A DNA stretch of 64,000 nucleotides from Camelus ferus. Taxonomy: Eukaryota. Both the position numbers and the translations under genes were made by a program. The stretch spans positions 60,080,001 to 60,144,000 of the forward strand of contig NC_045707.1 of NCBI RefSeq assembly GCF_009834535.1, in the 5' to 3' direction. The notes under the pieces were generated by a model. The model was not told the DNA's origin. It saw only the letters and a program-made list of their open reading frames with translations, and made no database searches. This document shows positions 1 to 14,067 of the stretch, piece by piece. The stretch's first letter is position 1. Each line of letters starts with the position of its first letter.

Positions 1-77
1 AGACAGATTAATGTTAAAAGCTTTATCATAGGTTTGGAATCCACATATATAGCAAAGCACTCAGAAAAGAACCTAAC

Positions 78-288
78 CTAGTGACTTCGAAGAACTTTTG
101 TAGAGACGAGAATCAACGTCCAGTTTTACCAGATGAAGATCACCCCTTATACTGCTTTTAAAAGCTGCACACTGCATGCAACGCAACAATTGTCCTTGAA
201 CCTGAGAGTCACTCCCTGCTCGAATGCGAACAGGGATAAGACGATGACAATGCAGAAGCTGAATTAAATGCACTTCAAGCCTTTCATT
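78..288 (-). other. Putative exon 2 (211 nt) of the same gene
   Basis: Acceptor ttttctttcatttactaatAG| (AG at 290-289) and donor TAG|GTTAGG (GT at 77-76). 7 CpGs in 211 nt of otherwise CpG-depleted DNA; non-repetitive; one frame open end to end. Confidence 0.65.
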
Positions 289-869
289 CTATTAGTAAAT
301 GAAAGAAAAATTTTCCTCCAATTGGTAAGAAATGAAACAGGGAAGAGCAGAAGGTCAAAGAGCATCACAAAGCAGTGTTATTAACCAGGGGAGACCCTCC
401 TTTCACAAAATGTAGTGAGTCCAAGCCTAAAGAAAAAGGCACCCCAGAAAAACACTGAAGTACATAAATCACACGGAGGAGAGAGCAAACAAATCCAGAC
501 TGTGATACAAGCTTTACTTATAAAGCCTGTTGAAGATGAGATGATCTCAGAAAGGCTTCCACAGGCTACCACTGGACTAGGAAACCTCAAGGGTGATTTA
601 AATTAATTTACGTGATTACTAATTGTGATAAAGGAATGAGTATGTCAGAGGGGATGAAAATGTCCCCTTGGAGATGGAGCAAGACGAAAAATTCAATGAC
701 GAAGTGAATGTAGAAATTGCTACCAAAACCAGATTTCTGTAAATTTATAGATACCCCACCAAGCAACCTTCAGTGGCTGTGCAGATCTTTGTCAAAACCC
801 CTAATCAATTCCTACTTCTGTTATTCTCTGATGCCACAGTGGTGCTCATTTTGAATGACTTCTAATATC

Positions 870-1060
870 ACCTGAGTACTTTTCCCATGCCAGGTACAGT
901 TTTAAGTACTTTATGTATATAAACTTATTTAACTCTTCCAGAAAGTGATTATTACTGTTCCCATTTTACACACAAGGAAACCGGGGCGCAGACAGGTGAA
1001 GCGACTTAGCGAGGATACACATGGCCAGAATCTGAACCCCAATAATCTTGACCTAAAGTC
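870..1060 (-). mobile_element. MIR SINE
   Basis: cccattttacacacaaggaaaccggggcgcagacaggtgaagcgactt matches the reverse MIR core. Confidence 0.8.
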
Positions 1061-2039
1061 TACACCACCACTGACTATACCAAACAATCAACATATTCTG
1101 TTTAAATGGATCCCCCTCGAAAACAAATTATACTAGTAGAAGAATCTATTGGAGAAGTGATATACAAGACCAACAGACCCTTTCATCTGGTCTTTTGACG
1201 GGAATTCCTACTGCACGTGCATGGCTCAGGGGGACACTGTGTAGCCGACATGACACTGTAGTCACTCAGCTATAAGCCTAGGACTGGAGCCAAGAGACTC
1301 ACCCCAATTTGCTGGAGTGCTCCAGAGTGTCACTCACCCAGCTGGGCAGAGAAAACATACACAGCTCCTAGGACCCGCTCCAAAACGGAAAACAGCAGGT
1401 TTTAAATTATCGTTTGCCCGGAGACAACACTTTTTCCTCTATTCCCAACTGCTGACCAACGTTCCCTCTTTGTAGTTTAAATTACTCAGGGCTCAATTTG
1501 TCAAGAGCCCAAGAGTTAGCTGGGCCACACACCACCTCACCTTCACCACCTGCCTCCTACCACACCCCTCTGGCAAATGCTCGTGGCAAACACGGACGGC
1601 AGTGCTGTTCCCAGTTGGCCTAAGGATACAGAAAGGGTGGGGGAGAAAGCGAGGTGCCCTGAATAAATGCGCCTTATGGATTTCATCACAGATTCCAATA
1701 AGAGTTCTTTGGATGCTTCATGGTGTTAAAGATGTAACGCCAGAAAGAGAAAGGACAGATTGTCAGAAGAGCAAGGTATAGCGTTGTAAGGACGTACTTG
1801 GACACTCAGTGGTAAGAGCCAAATACCCATATCCAAAAGCACAGAAGGGTTTTTTATATCCCAAATCATAACTTGATAATATCAACAGTTTAAATTCTCA
1901 CCGTCTCCAAGGAATGATTCCTGATCCACCAAGGTCACTATGGGTGCCCTCCAAGAACCCCTCCCTCACTCTTCTCCTGGTACATTTCAAAGTACACAGT
2001 GATCTCCAAGTGCCTGCTGACTCGGTCACATCACCATCG

Positions 2040-2165
2040 GGCCACTCCCCACATGAGCTCCATCAGAGCAGACAGTGTGTCGTCACCACGTATACTCTAT
2101 GCCTGTACTGCAGCTGGCATGTCACAATCACCCAATCTTTTTTTTTTTTTTTTTTTGAATGAACG
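2040..2165 (+). mobile_element. L2 3' end fragment
   Basis: tgagctccatcagagcagac...cagctggcatg...gaatgaa resembles the L2 tail. Confidence 0.55.
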
Positions 2166-3219
2166 CATAATACAGGGCAAACCAACTGGCAGATTCTAAA
2201 CCCAAACTCATCTTGAGGTCCAAAGACAGCATGAGCTGGAGTCCTAAAGAATTCAGGATCATCTAAAGGCACTTCAAAGCTAGCACCAATATTTTTTTAA
2301 AATGGGAGAAGTGAAGGGGGGGACGTTTGCCCCATGGTGGTGCTTCTGGAAGGAGGTGAAAGAATGCTAAGTAACAGGGAAAAATGGAAAACACTGCCAG
2401 AAAAAAAAGGTGAGAAGAGATGACAACAATTGTGACATAACCCATTAATGTGGACTGAAAGTTAAGAGCCAAAGAGAACACATGTAGCCGATAATCAGGT
2501 GAGATTTTGCCTCCTGTTATTTCTACTTTACATTTTGCTTTATTTGCTTACATTTTACTTCATGGCTTGTTTGCAGTTAAACTGAGTACCTATTTGGAAA
2601 TCATTAAAATCTGAATTTAACTGAGTTTGGGTATGTCTTAGAGAATTAGGGGGAGAGCAAAAAGCCTAGGCAGTATTTTTACAGATGAACAACTGTATTG
2701 CCTCAAATGCCCTTCCTCAAATCACCACTTACGCATTTTATCATTTTTAATCTGTTTTTACTTTGCAAGAGTGAAGCCAAATGGTTCTCAGAGTTCTTTC
2801 ACTGACCAATTGTAAAATAAATTCAGTCATACATATTGAAGTTTTTACAGGCACAAAATGTAGAACTTCAAAGGATAGGGGAAAAAAAGTCAAGGGAAAA
2901 ACAAAAAACAAAAAAGCATTTACTCCATGGCACACAACATCAGTTAACATAAAATACACAAAGACCTGTTTTCCGCTGTCATATTCCAGAGCCTGGAATA
3001 AATGTTCAAGTCACATGAATCTCTATTCATTTTAACCCTATAAATTAAGAACTACTGTTCATAATGAAGCAGTGCTACAACAGGTCTCTGTATACCACTG
3101 GCCACCATCACCAGGAACAGAGATTCACACATAGGAAACAATAATAAAGAATAAACTAAATGTTCCTCTAAGTCACTAGGCACATTAAAAATGAGCAGAA
3201 GCAAGTACATCTCAGAGGT

Positions 3220-3750
3220 ATTCATTCATTCCTTCATATATGCATTCATTCAATTAACCAATGTTTCTTAAAGTGCTAGCTTGCATCAGGCACTGTATTA
3301 GATTCTGAGGATATAAAACAAGACACTGTACGTGTTACTGTGGGGAGTGGAGTGGAACCGAGGTTTATTCAGGAAGGAATACCCTGATGGAAGAAGTGGT
3401 ACCTCAACTAAATCCTAAAAGGCACAGGAACCAGCAAATACGTGTGTCTGCTTCTGTTTGTGTGGGATGGGAACTCTGTGGCCGGGGTAAAGGAAGGGAG
3501 GATGTGGAAAGAAAGGGCATCAGTAAAGGTACGAAGGTATGAAAGAGCAGGTTGTCAACAAACAGCGGAGTGTGACAAAAACTGAATGTGTGAGGCAAGC
3601 GTGCTAAGAAACAGAGCATCACACGTGGACAGGGCTGGTGGTGAGGGGTCTTTCCTGTCAGGTTAAGAAACTTTAACTTTTTCCTGTAGGCAACAGATGG
3701 AGAGTAAGAGGGTCTAAACAGCAGAATGAGGTGGTCAGAGTTGTGATTCT
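3220..3750 (-). mobile_element. L2 LINE fragment
   Basis: ttcattcatt...caggcactgtattagattctgagga is the reverse L2 tail, followed by a purine-rich L2 body. Confidence 0.75.
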
Positions 3751-3984
3751 CAAGTGGTTCGGCTCCAAAAGAACAACTGTGGTGCAAGTCAGACCTGGTG
3801 CAGCAGCTCAACGTGCAACAGAGCTTTTCAGGTGCAGCAAGACAGTGTCAGAGTGTGAGTCCTCTGCGTAGTGAGAAGGTCCCGATTAGGTCCACGGGCT
3901 CAGGGGAATGGACAGAGACCTGATGAAGATAAGGGTTCCTACAAGATGCGTGGAGCAACCTCCACCGCCAGGGATTAGGCACTC

Positions 3985-4500
3985 TGACACACTGCCAGTG
4001 GGACAGCACATTGGTAAGACGATGATATTATACATTTTCAAATTATGCACCAGATCCCTTAAAGACATTCATACCCTCTGACTTAGTAATTGTGTATCTG
4101 GAAAGATAGCCTGAAGAATAATCTAAAATTAGGGAAATGTCTACATGCAAAGATGGTTATCATAGCAGTTTTACGGCAGCAAATATTTGAAGGAGGTGTC
4201 CAACAATAGGGAAATAATTGAATAAACTACAATGGATTTATTCAGTGAACTCATATTTGTGAGTAAAATTTTAACACTAAACAGGCATCCTTTATAAGTA
4301 AAAAAAGCAAGATATAAAATTGTATATAATACGATGACCTTTACAAACACAGCCACCTGTACATTAAAAAGTGAGAATTGATATACACAAAAATAGAGTA
4401 CTTAACAGGAGTACTTAACGTTAAGTTGTAAGACTATAGGTAGTTTTTTCTTCATTACAATTGTGTATTTTCCAGATTTCCTATGATGTGTATTTTATTA
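3985..4500 (+). mobile_element. Ancient L1 (L1ME-like) 3' fragment
   Basis: cataccctctgacttagtaatt...atgcaaagatggttatcatagcag...tgtccaacaataggga are L1 ORF2-end/3'UTR motifs. Confidence 0.7.
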
Positions 4501-6872
4501 TTGGCCATTAAGATAATATTTAACTCTAAAAGTATTTTTCTTTTTGTTTCCTGGTACCAGCCAAGATGGTATAAGCCCCTGTCTCTCTTCCCACCATCGA
4601 TTATAACTGAAAACTCTGGATAAAACACAAAATGCAACTACTTGAAAACTCCAAGAAATCAACAAGGGCAGAAGACTTAGGGAGGGGAGTCCAAACTTAA
4701 AGAACGTCTGACGTGGTGGTTTCTAGATTTATTCCCCTTCTTCATATGCCTGCTTTGACCCAAAACGGGGACTGAACTACATAGTGGGTACGGATGGCCA
4801 AAACCTCTAAGAGAAGGCCCTCTCTTTCTCTCCAGAGGACTTGGGGAAAGGATCCCTGCAAACAGGAGGATATGGAGGGAATCCTGCCCTTTTTCCCTTC
4901 ACCAGTCCTGCCCAGACACCAGCTGCAGTTACGGCATTGTGCTTCTGCCACAGCTATGACTCAGGCATTAAGATCTGGAGAGAAAACCCATCTCTTGATT
5001 CAAAGGAACTGGGCAAACGAACCCAAGTGGTCTGAAGAATGTGAGGGTATCAGCATTTCTCTGTCTTCCCCCAAACCTCCCACCCCACCCCCATCGCTCT
5101 CTCCCTAGGGCAGCCCAGATGGGCAGAACTGAACAACAGCACAGGGTGCTAAATTGAAACACTAGCTTTTCTTACCAGAGAAGTAGGAAAACAGATCCCT
5201 ATGAGTCAGAAAGTATTGAGGTAAATCCAATGAGGAATGAGCTGGAGAAAGGGATCCCTAATGCTGTGCATAAACCAACACAAGTCCCAGTCCATCCTGA
5301 CTGTGCACTTCGTGACACAGACACAAAGAAACCCAACAAGGCTTTGAGAATTAAGCTATGATCCAAACCACCACCCAAGTCTGAAATGAAACCCAGAGTG
5401 AGCAATGCTTGAAGTGGACCCAAAGCAGCAGAACAAAGAGTTGGAAAACAGAACTGACATCGGGGAAAAATCACCTAATTAAGCGGTATGAACCTAAATA
5501 GGTTGATTGCCCGCTAAAACAAAGAAACAAAAAGAAAACAGTATTCTCAAGGGGACTTTAACAAGACTCAGAGCTTCATAAAAATAATATTCAAAAAGTC
5601 CAGGATATAATCCAAACTCATTCAATATACAAAACACCAGGAAATTCTAGCCAATTCACAAGGAAAACAACAAATAATAGGGGCTAGCCCAAGATGACCC
5701 TGATCTCAAAATAAAGATTATCTAAAAAGCAATTATAACTGTAGTAAAGATGAACATACTCTTTAAATGAACTGAAAGAGAAATGTCTCCACAGAAATCA
5801 AGAAACCATAAAAAAGGGCAAGTTTACTAGTTTTGCTTTTCCCTATTTATTTTGACCCAAGCACAAAAAAATTAAAAACATTCAAAGCACACACATCAAA
5901 GACACTTTGAAATTTTAAACTTTGAAATTTAAAAATTCAGTGAATTTTCTCAATAGCAAAATAGAGATAAAAAAGGAACTGTCAGTGAATTTGAAGACAG
6001 ATCAAAAGAAATTAACCAGTCTGAAGAAAAGACAATTTTTTTTTAATTAACAGAATCTCAAGGACATGTAAAACAAAAAAAGGTAAATATTTGCATCACT
6101 GGATTCCTGGAAGGAGAGAAGAATGATAATGGTAAAGAAAAAGTATATGAAATAATGGCTGACAGAACCCTAAATTTGGTTAAACATTAACTTACAGACG
6201 CAGTAAGCAAAGCGAACCTCAGATAAGATAAACTCAAAACCATATCCAGACACATTATAATCAAATGACTGAAAGCAGCCAGAGAAAAAAGGAACATTAA
6301 ATATAGGGAAGGATCCAAATGACTACAGATTTATTATGAGAAACCATGGAAGACAAAAAAACAATGGAACAACATTGCTAATGTAATAAAGAACTCTCAA
6401 CCCAGGATTAGAGATTCAGTGAAAATAGGCTTTAAGACTGAAATAACGATTAAGACATTCTCAGACAAAGGAAAGCAAATGAAATTTGTCACCAGCAGAT
6501 TGACAATAAAATAAATTCTTACGGAAGTTCTTCATATTGAAGGGAAATATCAGGAATGAAGGAAGAGCAAGAGAAATAATAAAAAGTAGGCAAAAAATGA
6601 CTTTCTCAAGAGGTTTAAAAATATGTATGACACCTGAAGGCAAAAGTTCTAGCACTGTTTGGGTAGGGAGGAGAAAGAGATATATGGCAGACTGCAAAAG
6701 TCAGCTGTGCTCCCTGTAACTTAAAAAACCCTACAAATAAAGTAAAGAGATAAAGCCAAGAAATACAGCCAAAAAGGCAATTGATAAAACATTCATCTTT
6801 CAAATAATACAAAAGAAGTCAAGAAGGGGTACCAGAGAAAAGACAAAACGGAAGATAAAAACAGAAAATACA

Positions 6873-7048
6873 GAGAGGGGAGAAAATAGCTCAGTGGTAG
6901 AGCATGTGCTTAGCATGCATGAGGCCCTGGGTTCAATCCCCAATGCCTCCTTAAAATAAATAAATAAGCCAATAAATAAACCTAATTACCTCCCCTCACA
7001 AAAAACAATAAATAAAAGTAAAAATTTTTTGAATTAAAAAAAAAAAAT
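6873..7048 (+). mobile_element. tRNA-derived SINE (camelid vic-1 type)
   Basis: A box tagctcagtgg, B box ggttcaatccc, AT-rich tail; TSD agaaaataca at 6863-6872 and 7049-7058. Confidence 0.9.
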
Positions 7049-7300
7049 AGAAAATACAATGGTGGACCTAAATCCAACTATACCAGTAATTACATGAAAT
7101 ACAAATGTTCTAAACACACAAATTAAAATATCAAATGTGAAAGTAAACAACAACAATAACCAAGACCCAACTATATGTTGTCTACAAAATCCCACATTAA
7201 ATACAAAGATATATGTGGGTTAAAAGTCAAAAGAAGGAAAACCATATCACGTAAATTCAAATCAAAAGAATGCTAGAGTAGCTATGTTAATATCAAAGAA

Positions 7301-7463
7301 GGTCCTACTGTAGAGCACAGAACTGTATTCAATGCCTTGTAACAGCCTATAATGAAAAAGAATATGAAAAGGAATATATACATAAATATATGTACAACTG
7401 AATCACTATGCTGAACATCAGAAATTAAAACATTGTAAAATCAACTATATTTCAATTAAAAAA
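7301..7463 (+). mobile_element. 5'-truncated artiodactyl-type L1 3' end nested in the older L1
   Basis: ggtcctactgtagagcacag...actgaatcactatgctg...caactatatttcaattaaaaa; approximate TSD atc(a/c)aagaag. Confidence 0.85.
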
Positions 7464-8813
7464 TAATCCAAGAAGACATCAGAACGAAAAACAAAAAATT
7501 AAAAGGAACATCAATTCAACAAGGAGACATAAAAAAAAAACCTAATTGTTGTTTATGCATCTAACAACAGAACACCAAAACACATAAAGCAAAAACCAAG
7601 AGAACAGGAAAAAAAATATATAGATATGTCCATAACTAAGCTTGGAGACTTCAACACAACTTTCTCAGGTTTTAGACAGAAAAAGAAAAAAAAGAAGAAG
7701 AGGTCAACAAAAATGTAGAAGTAAACAATACTACCAATCAACTCGATCTGACATTTTTAGTCCACTACACCAACAGCTGAATGCCTCCTGTTTTTAAGTG
7801 AAGATGGCACATTCAGCAAGACATACCACATCCTGGACCACAAAACACACAAATTTAAAAGAAATTAAATGCTGCAAAGTATGTTTTCTGACCACAATAG
7901 ATTTAAAATACAAGTCAGTAAAAGAAAGCTATCTGGAAAATGACCAAATGTTTGGAAAGTAAACGACACATTTCCAAATAATGCACAGGTCAAAAAGGAA
8001 GTCTCCAGGAAAAGTAGAAATTACAACATTATCAAAATTTGTGGGCTTCAGCTCAAGAAGTGCATAGAGGGTAAATTATGGTATCATTAAATGCTTACGT
8101 AAGAAAATAGAGTTCAAAATCATTAATATAAGCTTCCACCTTAAGAAAGTAGAAAAGGCTCATTCCACCTAAAACAAGCAGAAAACTAGAAATAATAAAG
8201 TCAAAGGCAAAAATTAATGAAACTGACAACAACCACCAAAAAAAAAAAACAAGAAAAAAAAATTCAGTGAAATCAAAAGCCATTTCTGTTAAAGGACCAG
8301 TAAAACTGGTAAAACTCTATCCAGATTTATCGATCTAACAAAGCAAAAAGAGAGAAGGTACAATTACCAATAATGGGAATGAAAGAGAGCAAAATCACCT
8401 CAGACCCCACAAACATTAAGAGGATAATAAGGGAAGATTATGAACAGCATATTTGACAACTTAGATGAAACAGATGATCCCTTGAAAGACACAAACTGTT
8501 AAGCTGAGACAAAAAGGTAACCTGAATAGGCCTAAAACTATTTTGAAAAAATTCAACTCACAATTAAAATTCTTCCAACAAAGAAGACTCCAGGCCCAGA
8601 TGGTTTCACTGGGAAATTCTACCAACTATTCAAGGAAGAAACCCTGTAAGTTTCACAAAATCTCTTTCAGAAAATGGAAAAGAGCACTTCCCAGCTCATT
8701 TTATGAGTCTAGCATTACACTGAGACTAAAACCAGACAAAGACATTACAAGAAAACTATACATATTCTTCATGAATATAGATGCAAAAATCCTCAAGAAA
8801 ATATTAGCATATC

Positions 8814-8862
8814 GTGTGTGTGTGTGTATATATACACACATATACATATATACACACACATA
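8814..8862. repeat. (TG)/(TA)/(CA) compound microsatellite
   Basis: Seen directly. Confidence 0.85.
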
Positions 8863-9204
8863 CCATTATTTCATAATTAACTGGGGCTTATTTCAACAAT
8901 ATAAGTCTACTTCAACATTCTAAAAATAAATGTAATTCACCATATTAACAGATTAGTAAAAAACCCATCTGATTATATCAATAGATGCAGAAAAATTCAT
9001 GTGACAAAATTTAATACCCATTAATGATTTTTTAAAAAATTAATGTTAGCAGCATAATATGAATGAGAGGGAATCCTCTTAACCTAATCAATGGTATCTG
9101 CAAAAAAAACCTACAGCTAACATCAAACCTGGTAACAGGCTGGATGCTTTCCCCTAAAATTGGGGAAAATGTAAGGCTAATCTATTCTCACCATTTCAAA
9201 GTTC

Positions 9205-9367
9205 CTTTTTTTTAAAGTTTTTTATTTAGTATTTTATTTGGGGGGAGGAGGTAAATGGATTTTTATTTATTTACTTATTTTTTTTTTAATGGAGTTACTG
9301 GGGATTGAACACAGGACCTCATGCTTGCTAAGCATGTGCTCTACCACTGAGCTATACCCTCCCCCCA
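9205..9367 (-). mobile_element. tRNA-derived SINE (camelid vic-1 type)
   Basis: Reverse strand reads ggggagggtatagctcagtggtagagcacatgcttagc...gttcaatcccc; TSD caaagttc at 9197-9204 and 9368-9375. Confidence 0.92.
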
Positions 9368-12300
9368 CAAAGTTCTAATCAGTGCAATAAAATGAAAAAA
9401 AGAAAAGGCATACAGACTGAAAAAGAAATAAAACTACGCCTATGTGTAGACAACATGATTGCCTATATAAAAACAAAGTCAAGCAATTCTCATAAGCAGC
9501 TCCTACAACTAGTAAGGTTTAATAAGATCACAGGAAACAAGGGAGAAATGCAAAAATCAGTATTTCTATAAGTAACAATAAGTAACTTGAAATCAAAAAT
9601 GTTTTAAACTACCTTTTATAATATCATTATAAAATATTTAGATGATTTAAATCTTGAACAAAATATGCAATCTCTGTATGCTAAAAATTTATAAAACACT
9701 GATGTCAGACAAAGAAGAAATAAAGGGAGAATTACATTATGCTCATAGATTGGAAGATTCAATACTATTAAGATGTCAATTATCCCAAATTGATATATAG
9801 AAATTGCATTACAGAGTCAGTGCAAGTTCTATACAAATGCCAGGAGAAAATTTTTTAGCAATCAAACAAGCTAATTTTAAAATTCATATGGGAAGGCAAA
9901 GGAACCAGAGCACCCAAAACAATTTTAAGAAAACAAAGTTGGAGGACTTCCAGTACCTTATTCTAAGACTTTCTATAAAGTTATGGTAATCAAGAGAGTA
10001 AGGTGTTACTATAGAGACATTAATCAGTGGAACAGAATGGAGAGACCAGAAGTAAAAGCACACAAATACAATCAATTTTGATTAGGATGCAAAGGTGATT
10101 CAATGAAGAACTTTTTCAACAACTGGTACTGGAATAACTGAACATATGCATGCCAAAAAAAACATAATAAAACAAAAAAGCTCTTGCCATATAGGCTATG
10201 CTTTATACAAAAATTAACTGAAAATGGATTATATATCTAAATGTAATCCATAAAACTATAAAAATTTTATGGGACCCTGGGTTAGGCAAATAGTTCTTAA
10301 ATATAGCACTAAAACCAAAAAAAAAAAAAAAATACAGATAAACTGGACTTGAAAGTTTAAAACATTTTGCTCTGCGGAAGTCTCTGTGAAGAGAACTGAA
10401 AGACAAGCCACAGAGTGGCAAAAAAAATTTTCAAGTCACAAAAGTGACAAAAGACTTGTAACCAGAGTATATGAGGTACACATAACAATAAGAAAACCCT
10501 TTTTCCAATGTGCAAAAGGTTAAAACAGTTCACTGTTTTAACAAGACATATAGATAAGCACATGAAAGGATGCTCAACATCATTAGTCATTAGAAAAATG
10601 CAAATTAGAATGACAGTGAGATACAATTGAACTCCTTTAGAACAGTTAAACTTAAAAAAAAAATTGCCAAGTGGTGGCAGAGCAAGAGAGCAACAGACAT
10701 TCAAACTTTGTGGTGAGAAGGCTTCAAAGTGTCACAGTCACTCGGAAGAAGACAGTTTGACAGTTTCTTATGAAATTAATCATACACTTACCATACAATC
10801 CAACAACCCCACTCCTAGGTAGTTTATCCAAGATAAACCTTTACATTCACATAAAAACTTGTATTCGAACATTTATAGCAACATTATAATTGTTGAAAAC
10901 TAGAAGCATCCCAGATGTCTCAACTGGTATGTGGGTGAGCCAACTACGGTACGTCCATACAGTGGAATATTATGCAGTACAAAGGAAAAACTGATACACA
11001 CAACAGCTTAGGTCAATCTCAAATGCATTATACTAAGTGGGGAAAAAAAGCTAACTGAAAAGGCTATTATTCCACTTACATCACATTATGAAAGCGGTCA
11101 AAGCATAAAGATGGAGAACCAATCAGTGGTTGCCAGGGGTTAGAAAACAGGGTGGGGGGAGAGGTGTTTGAGTAGAAAGGGGCAGCATGAGGGAATTTTT
11201 CAAAAGACAACCGTCTGAACCTTGACTGTGCTGATGGTTACACAACTCCCATGCCATTTATCTAATTCACAGAACTACACATCAAAAAAAGTGACTTAAC
11301 AAATGTAAATTTCAAAAGCAAATGATTTTTTATATCTTCAGTAAATCTCTCGTTGCCTTTCATTCAGCTCCCAAATCTTACAAGAAAATACAGCATTTTT
11401 GGGACAAGACAACCAATAAGCAGGCACAAGCATGCACACACATCAAACGCTTCATCATAGCACTCCTTGGTTCATCAATTATGAATATTTCCGTTTCAAC
11501 TTAGAAAGCAGTGAAGCAAAATACATGTGATCATATGACTAGGATCAAGACGCCTAATATAAAGACCTGTTTTCAACTTAGTCTGGCTCTGCAAACAGTA
11601 ATGTTTATTTGTTTACCATTGGAAAGGCAAAGCCAAGATAAATACAACATTTCAGTAAAGGGGTGAGTTTTCATCTAACAGAAACAAGAATTTCAAGCTA
11701 CTCCCTGTTGTTCAGAATTGAATAGGGATGACAGAGGAAAAGTCAGTGTCATCAGAATTTCTACCCAAACATGCTTTACCATGACAATTCTGCTCTAAGC
11801 ATTGCCTAAGATAACAAAACCTACAGAATTTTATCTGCTTTCTACACACATCCATAAGCTTCTAAATAAAATACACACACACAAAACTCCAAGACACAGA
11901 CAATCACTGTAAATTGACAGCATTAGACAAATAAAATTTATTATAAAACTGAAATATTTTTAACATCTTTTTAAACTAATCCTTTATTATGAGAAATGGG
12001 GCTTTCATTTAGTCAAATAATTGCCATCATTTCAAAAGAATGTTCATCAGTATGGCAATGACACAAAGTTGTAACTGCGACCCCAGTGGCCCTCAGCAGC
12101 ATGCTGGCTGCCTCTCTCCACAGAGAGGAACCTGTGCCTTTATTTCCTCTCTACCTGGATTTGCCCTGGAATTGGGGCTGCAGAATCAGGAGCCTACCAT
12201 TCAAAAGGCCAGCATAACAATAACAAACCAGATGGAATGAGACATTAGCCACCCTTGGGTAGCAAAGTTTATACCAAAATCTAAAAGGAGGCGAAAAGTG

Positions 12301-12799
12301 TAAAACCTAAGATGTTGCAGTGAAGAATGAAATGACAGAAAAACAAAGGCTGGCAAATCAGCAGAAGCAGACAGGGAGGTACAGCCTGATTCCTGGAGAA
12401 ATGCTGGGATTAGCACATTAGCATTCGCCTTCCTGACTCTAATCACCAGGATTCTCTTCTACACAGGCTCCAGGTACGATGATGGGAGACCCTCAGGGCT
12501 TGGCTGCAGATACAGGTTTGGGAAGAATACTGTTTCTCATTTTCTCTTCCATATTTGCATCCATTGGTCAAGAGAATCACTCAGGGTCAAATGTATACAT
12601 GTAGAAAGAAATTAATCTCTAATAATAAAGAAGATCTAAGTACAATACCATTATTATGAATGTCACATCCTCATCAGTGAATTTGTTACACACAACGGAG
12701 TTGCATGAAAATGAAGACTGACTCAGACCTGACATTTTTTGGCTTACTCTAACCTACTCTTTAGCTGTTTTATAATTGGACATGTCAGCAAGTAAGAAG

Positions 12800-12960
12800 G
12801 GAGATGAGCGGTACCCAGTCTACACCAGGTCCTTGGCATCCATGACCTCGTTCAATACTCACTACAACCCGGCAAGCTGAGCGTTATCATCTCTCCCTAA
12901 CAGATGAGTAAACTGGTCCAGAGAGGTAAAGCTGCCTGCCCAAAATTAAAGAGTTAAGCA
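12800..12960 (-). mobile_element. MIR SINE
   Basis: acagatgagtaaactggtccagagaggtaaagctgcctgcccaa. Confidence 0.75.
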
Positions 12961-13375
12961 CTAAGTCCTAAATATCAATCCCCAAATATGATTGCTTAAG
13001 CTTAATTTTCTAATCTGCCTGCATTACAGATAAAGGTTATGGGTTCCTCTTTCTCATCACCTTCTAAGTGCACCCGTGGAAGAGCACCATTCCACGAAGC
13101 GCCTTCCCTTTCCTTAGTGATCTTCACAGTGGCACCAAATGAATTCCAAAGGCCTGAACTTGGTTAGATTTTTCCAGTACAGTGTCTGAATGTCATCCTA
13201 AGAAGTGATAAACTACACAGTAGAAGTAGAAAGAAACAAGTACACAATGAAACTGAAAGAAGTTTTTCCATTCATTCATGTATTCTTTGATTCCTTTCGT
13301 CAATGTTTTCTGTTTTCAGTGTATGAGTCTTTTACCACCTTGGCTAAGTTTTGTCCCAAGTATTTTATTCTTTTT

Positions 13376-14067
13376 TCCTAACTGAAGCGTAGGTGATTTA
13401 CAATGTTGTGTTAATTTCTGGTGTACAATATAGTGATTCAGTTATATATACATATATTCCTTTTCATATTAAATTTCATTATAGGCTATTACAAGGTATT
13501 GAGTACAGTTCCCTGTGCTATGTCGTAGGAACTTGTTTATTTATTGTGTACAGTAGTTAGTATCTGCAAATCTCAAACTCCCAGTTTATCCCTCCCCATC
13601 CCTTTTCCCTTGTGGTTTGTTTTCTACGTCTGAGTCTGTTTCTGTTTTGTAAATAAGTTCATTTGTGTCTCATTTTTAGACTCCATACATAAGTGATATC
13701 ATGTAGTATTTTTCTTTCTTTCTTCACTTAGTATGACAATCTCCAGGTCCATTCATGTTGCTGCAAATGGTATTATTTTATTATTTTTGATCACTGAGTA
13801 GTATTCCACTGTGTGTGTGTATACGTATGTGTGTGTGTATATGTGTATATATATGTATGTATGTCTTTATCCAATCACCTGACAATGGACATTTAGGTTG
13901 CTTCCATGTCTTGGATATTGTAAATAGTGCTTCTATGAACACTGGGGTGCGTGTATCTTTCGAATTAGAGTTTTCTCCAGATATATGCCCAGGAGTGGGA
14001 TTGCTGGATCATATGATAAGTCTGTTTTTAGTTTTTTAAGGCAATCTGCATACCATTTTCCAAAATG
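13376..14067 (-). mobile_element. Younger artiodactyl/camelid L1 3' end nested in the inverted L1 segment
   Basis: Reverse L1 3'UTR (gtgattcagttatat..., gtacagttccctgtgcta); TSD tttattcttttt at 13364-13375 and 14068-14079. Confidence 0.9.

Larger units (their letters stand above)
4545..11318 (+). mobile_element. Near full-length ancient L1 (L1MD/L1ME-like) with 5'UTR, decayed ORF1, ORF2 and 3'UTR
   Basis: 5' ccaagatgg start; ORF1-like at ~5600-6600; endonuclease/RT remnants (e.g. LPSSFYESSITLRLKPDKDITRK...MNIDAKILKKILA in ORF 8543-8923); 3'UTR ggggcagcatgagggaa...ttgactgtgctgatggttacac. Many stops and frameshifts. Confidence 0.9.

Noticed and set aside
6877..6952. tRNA-like sequence (also at ~9290-9367 on -)
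   Set aside because: SINE head followed by an AT-rich tail and TSDs; not a tRNA gene.
8543..8923. 126-aa ORF with reverse-transcriptase-like residues
   Set aside because: Frameshifted remnant of L1 ORF2, not a host gene.
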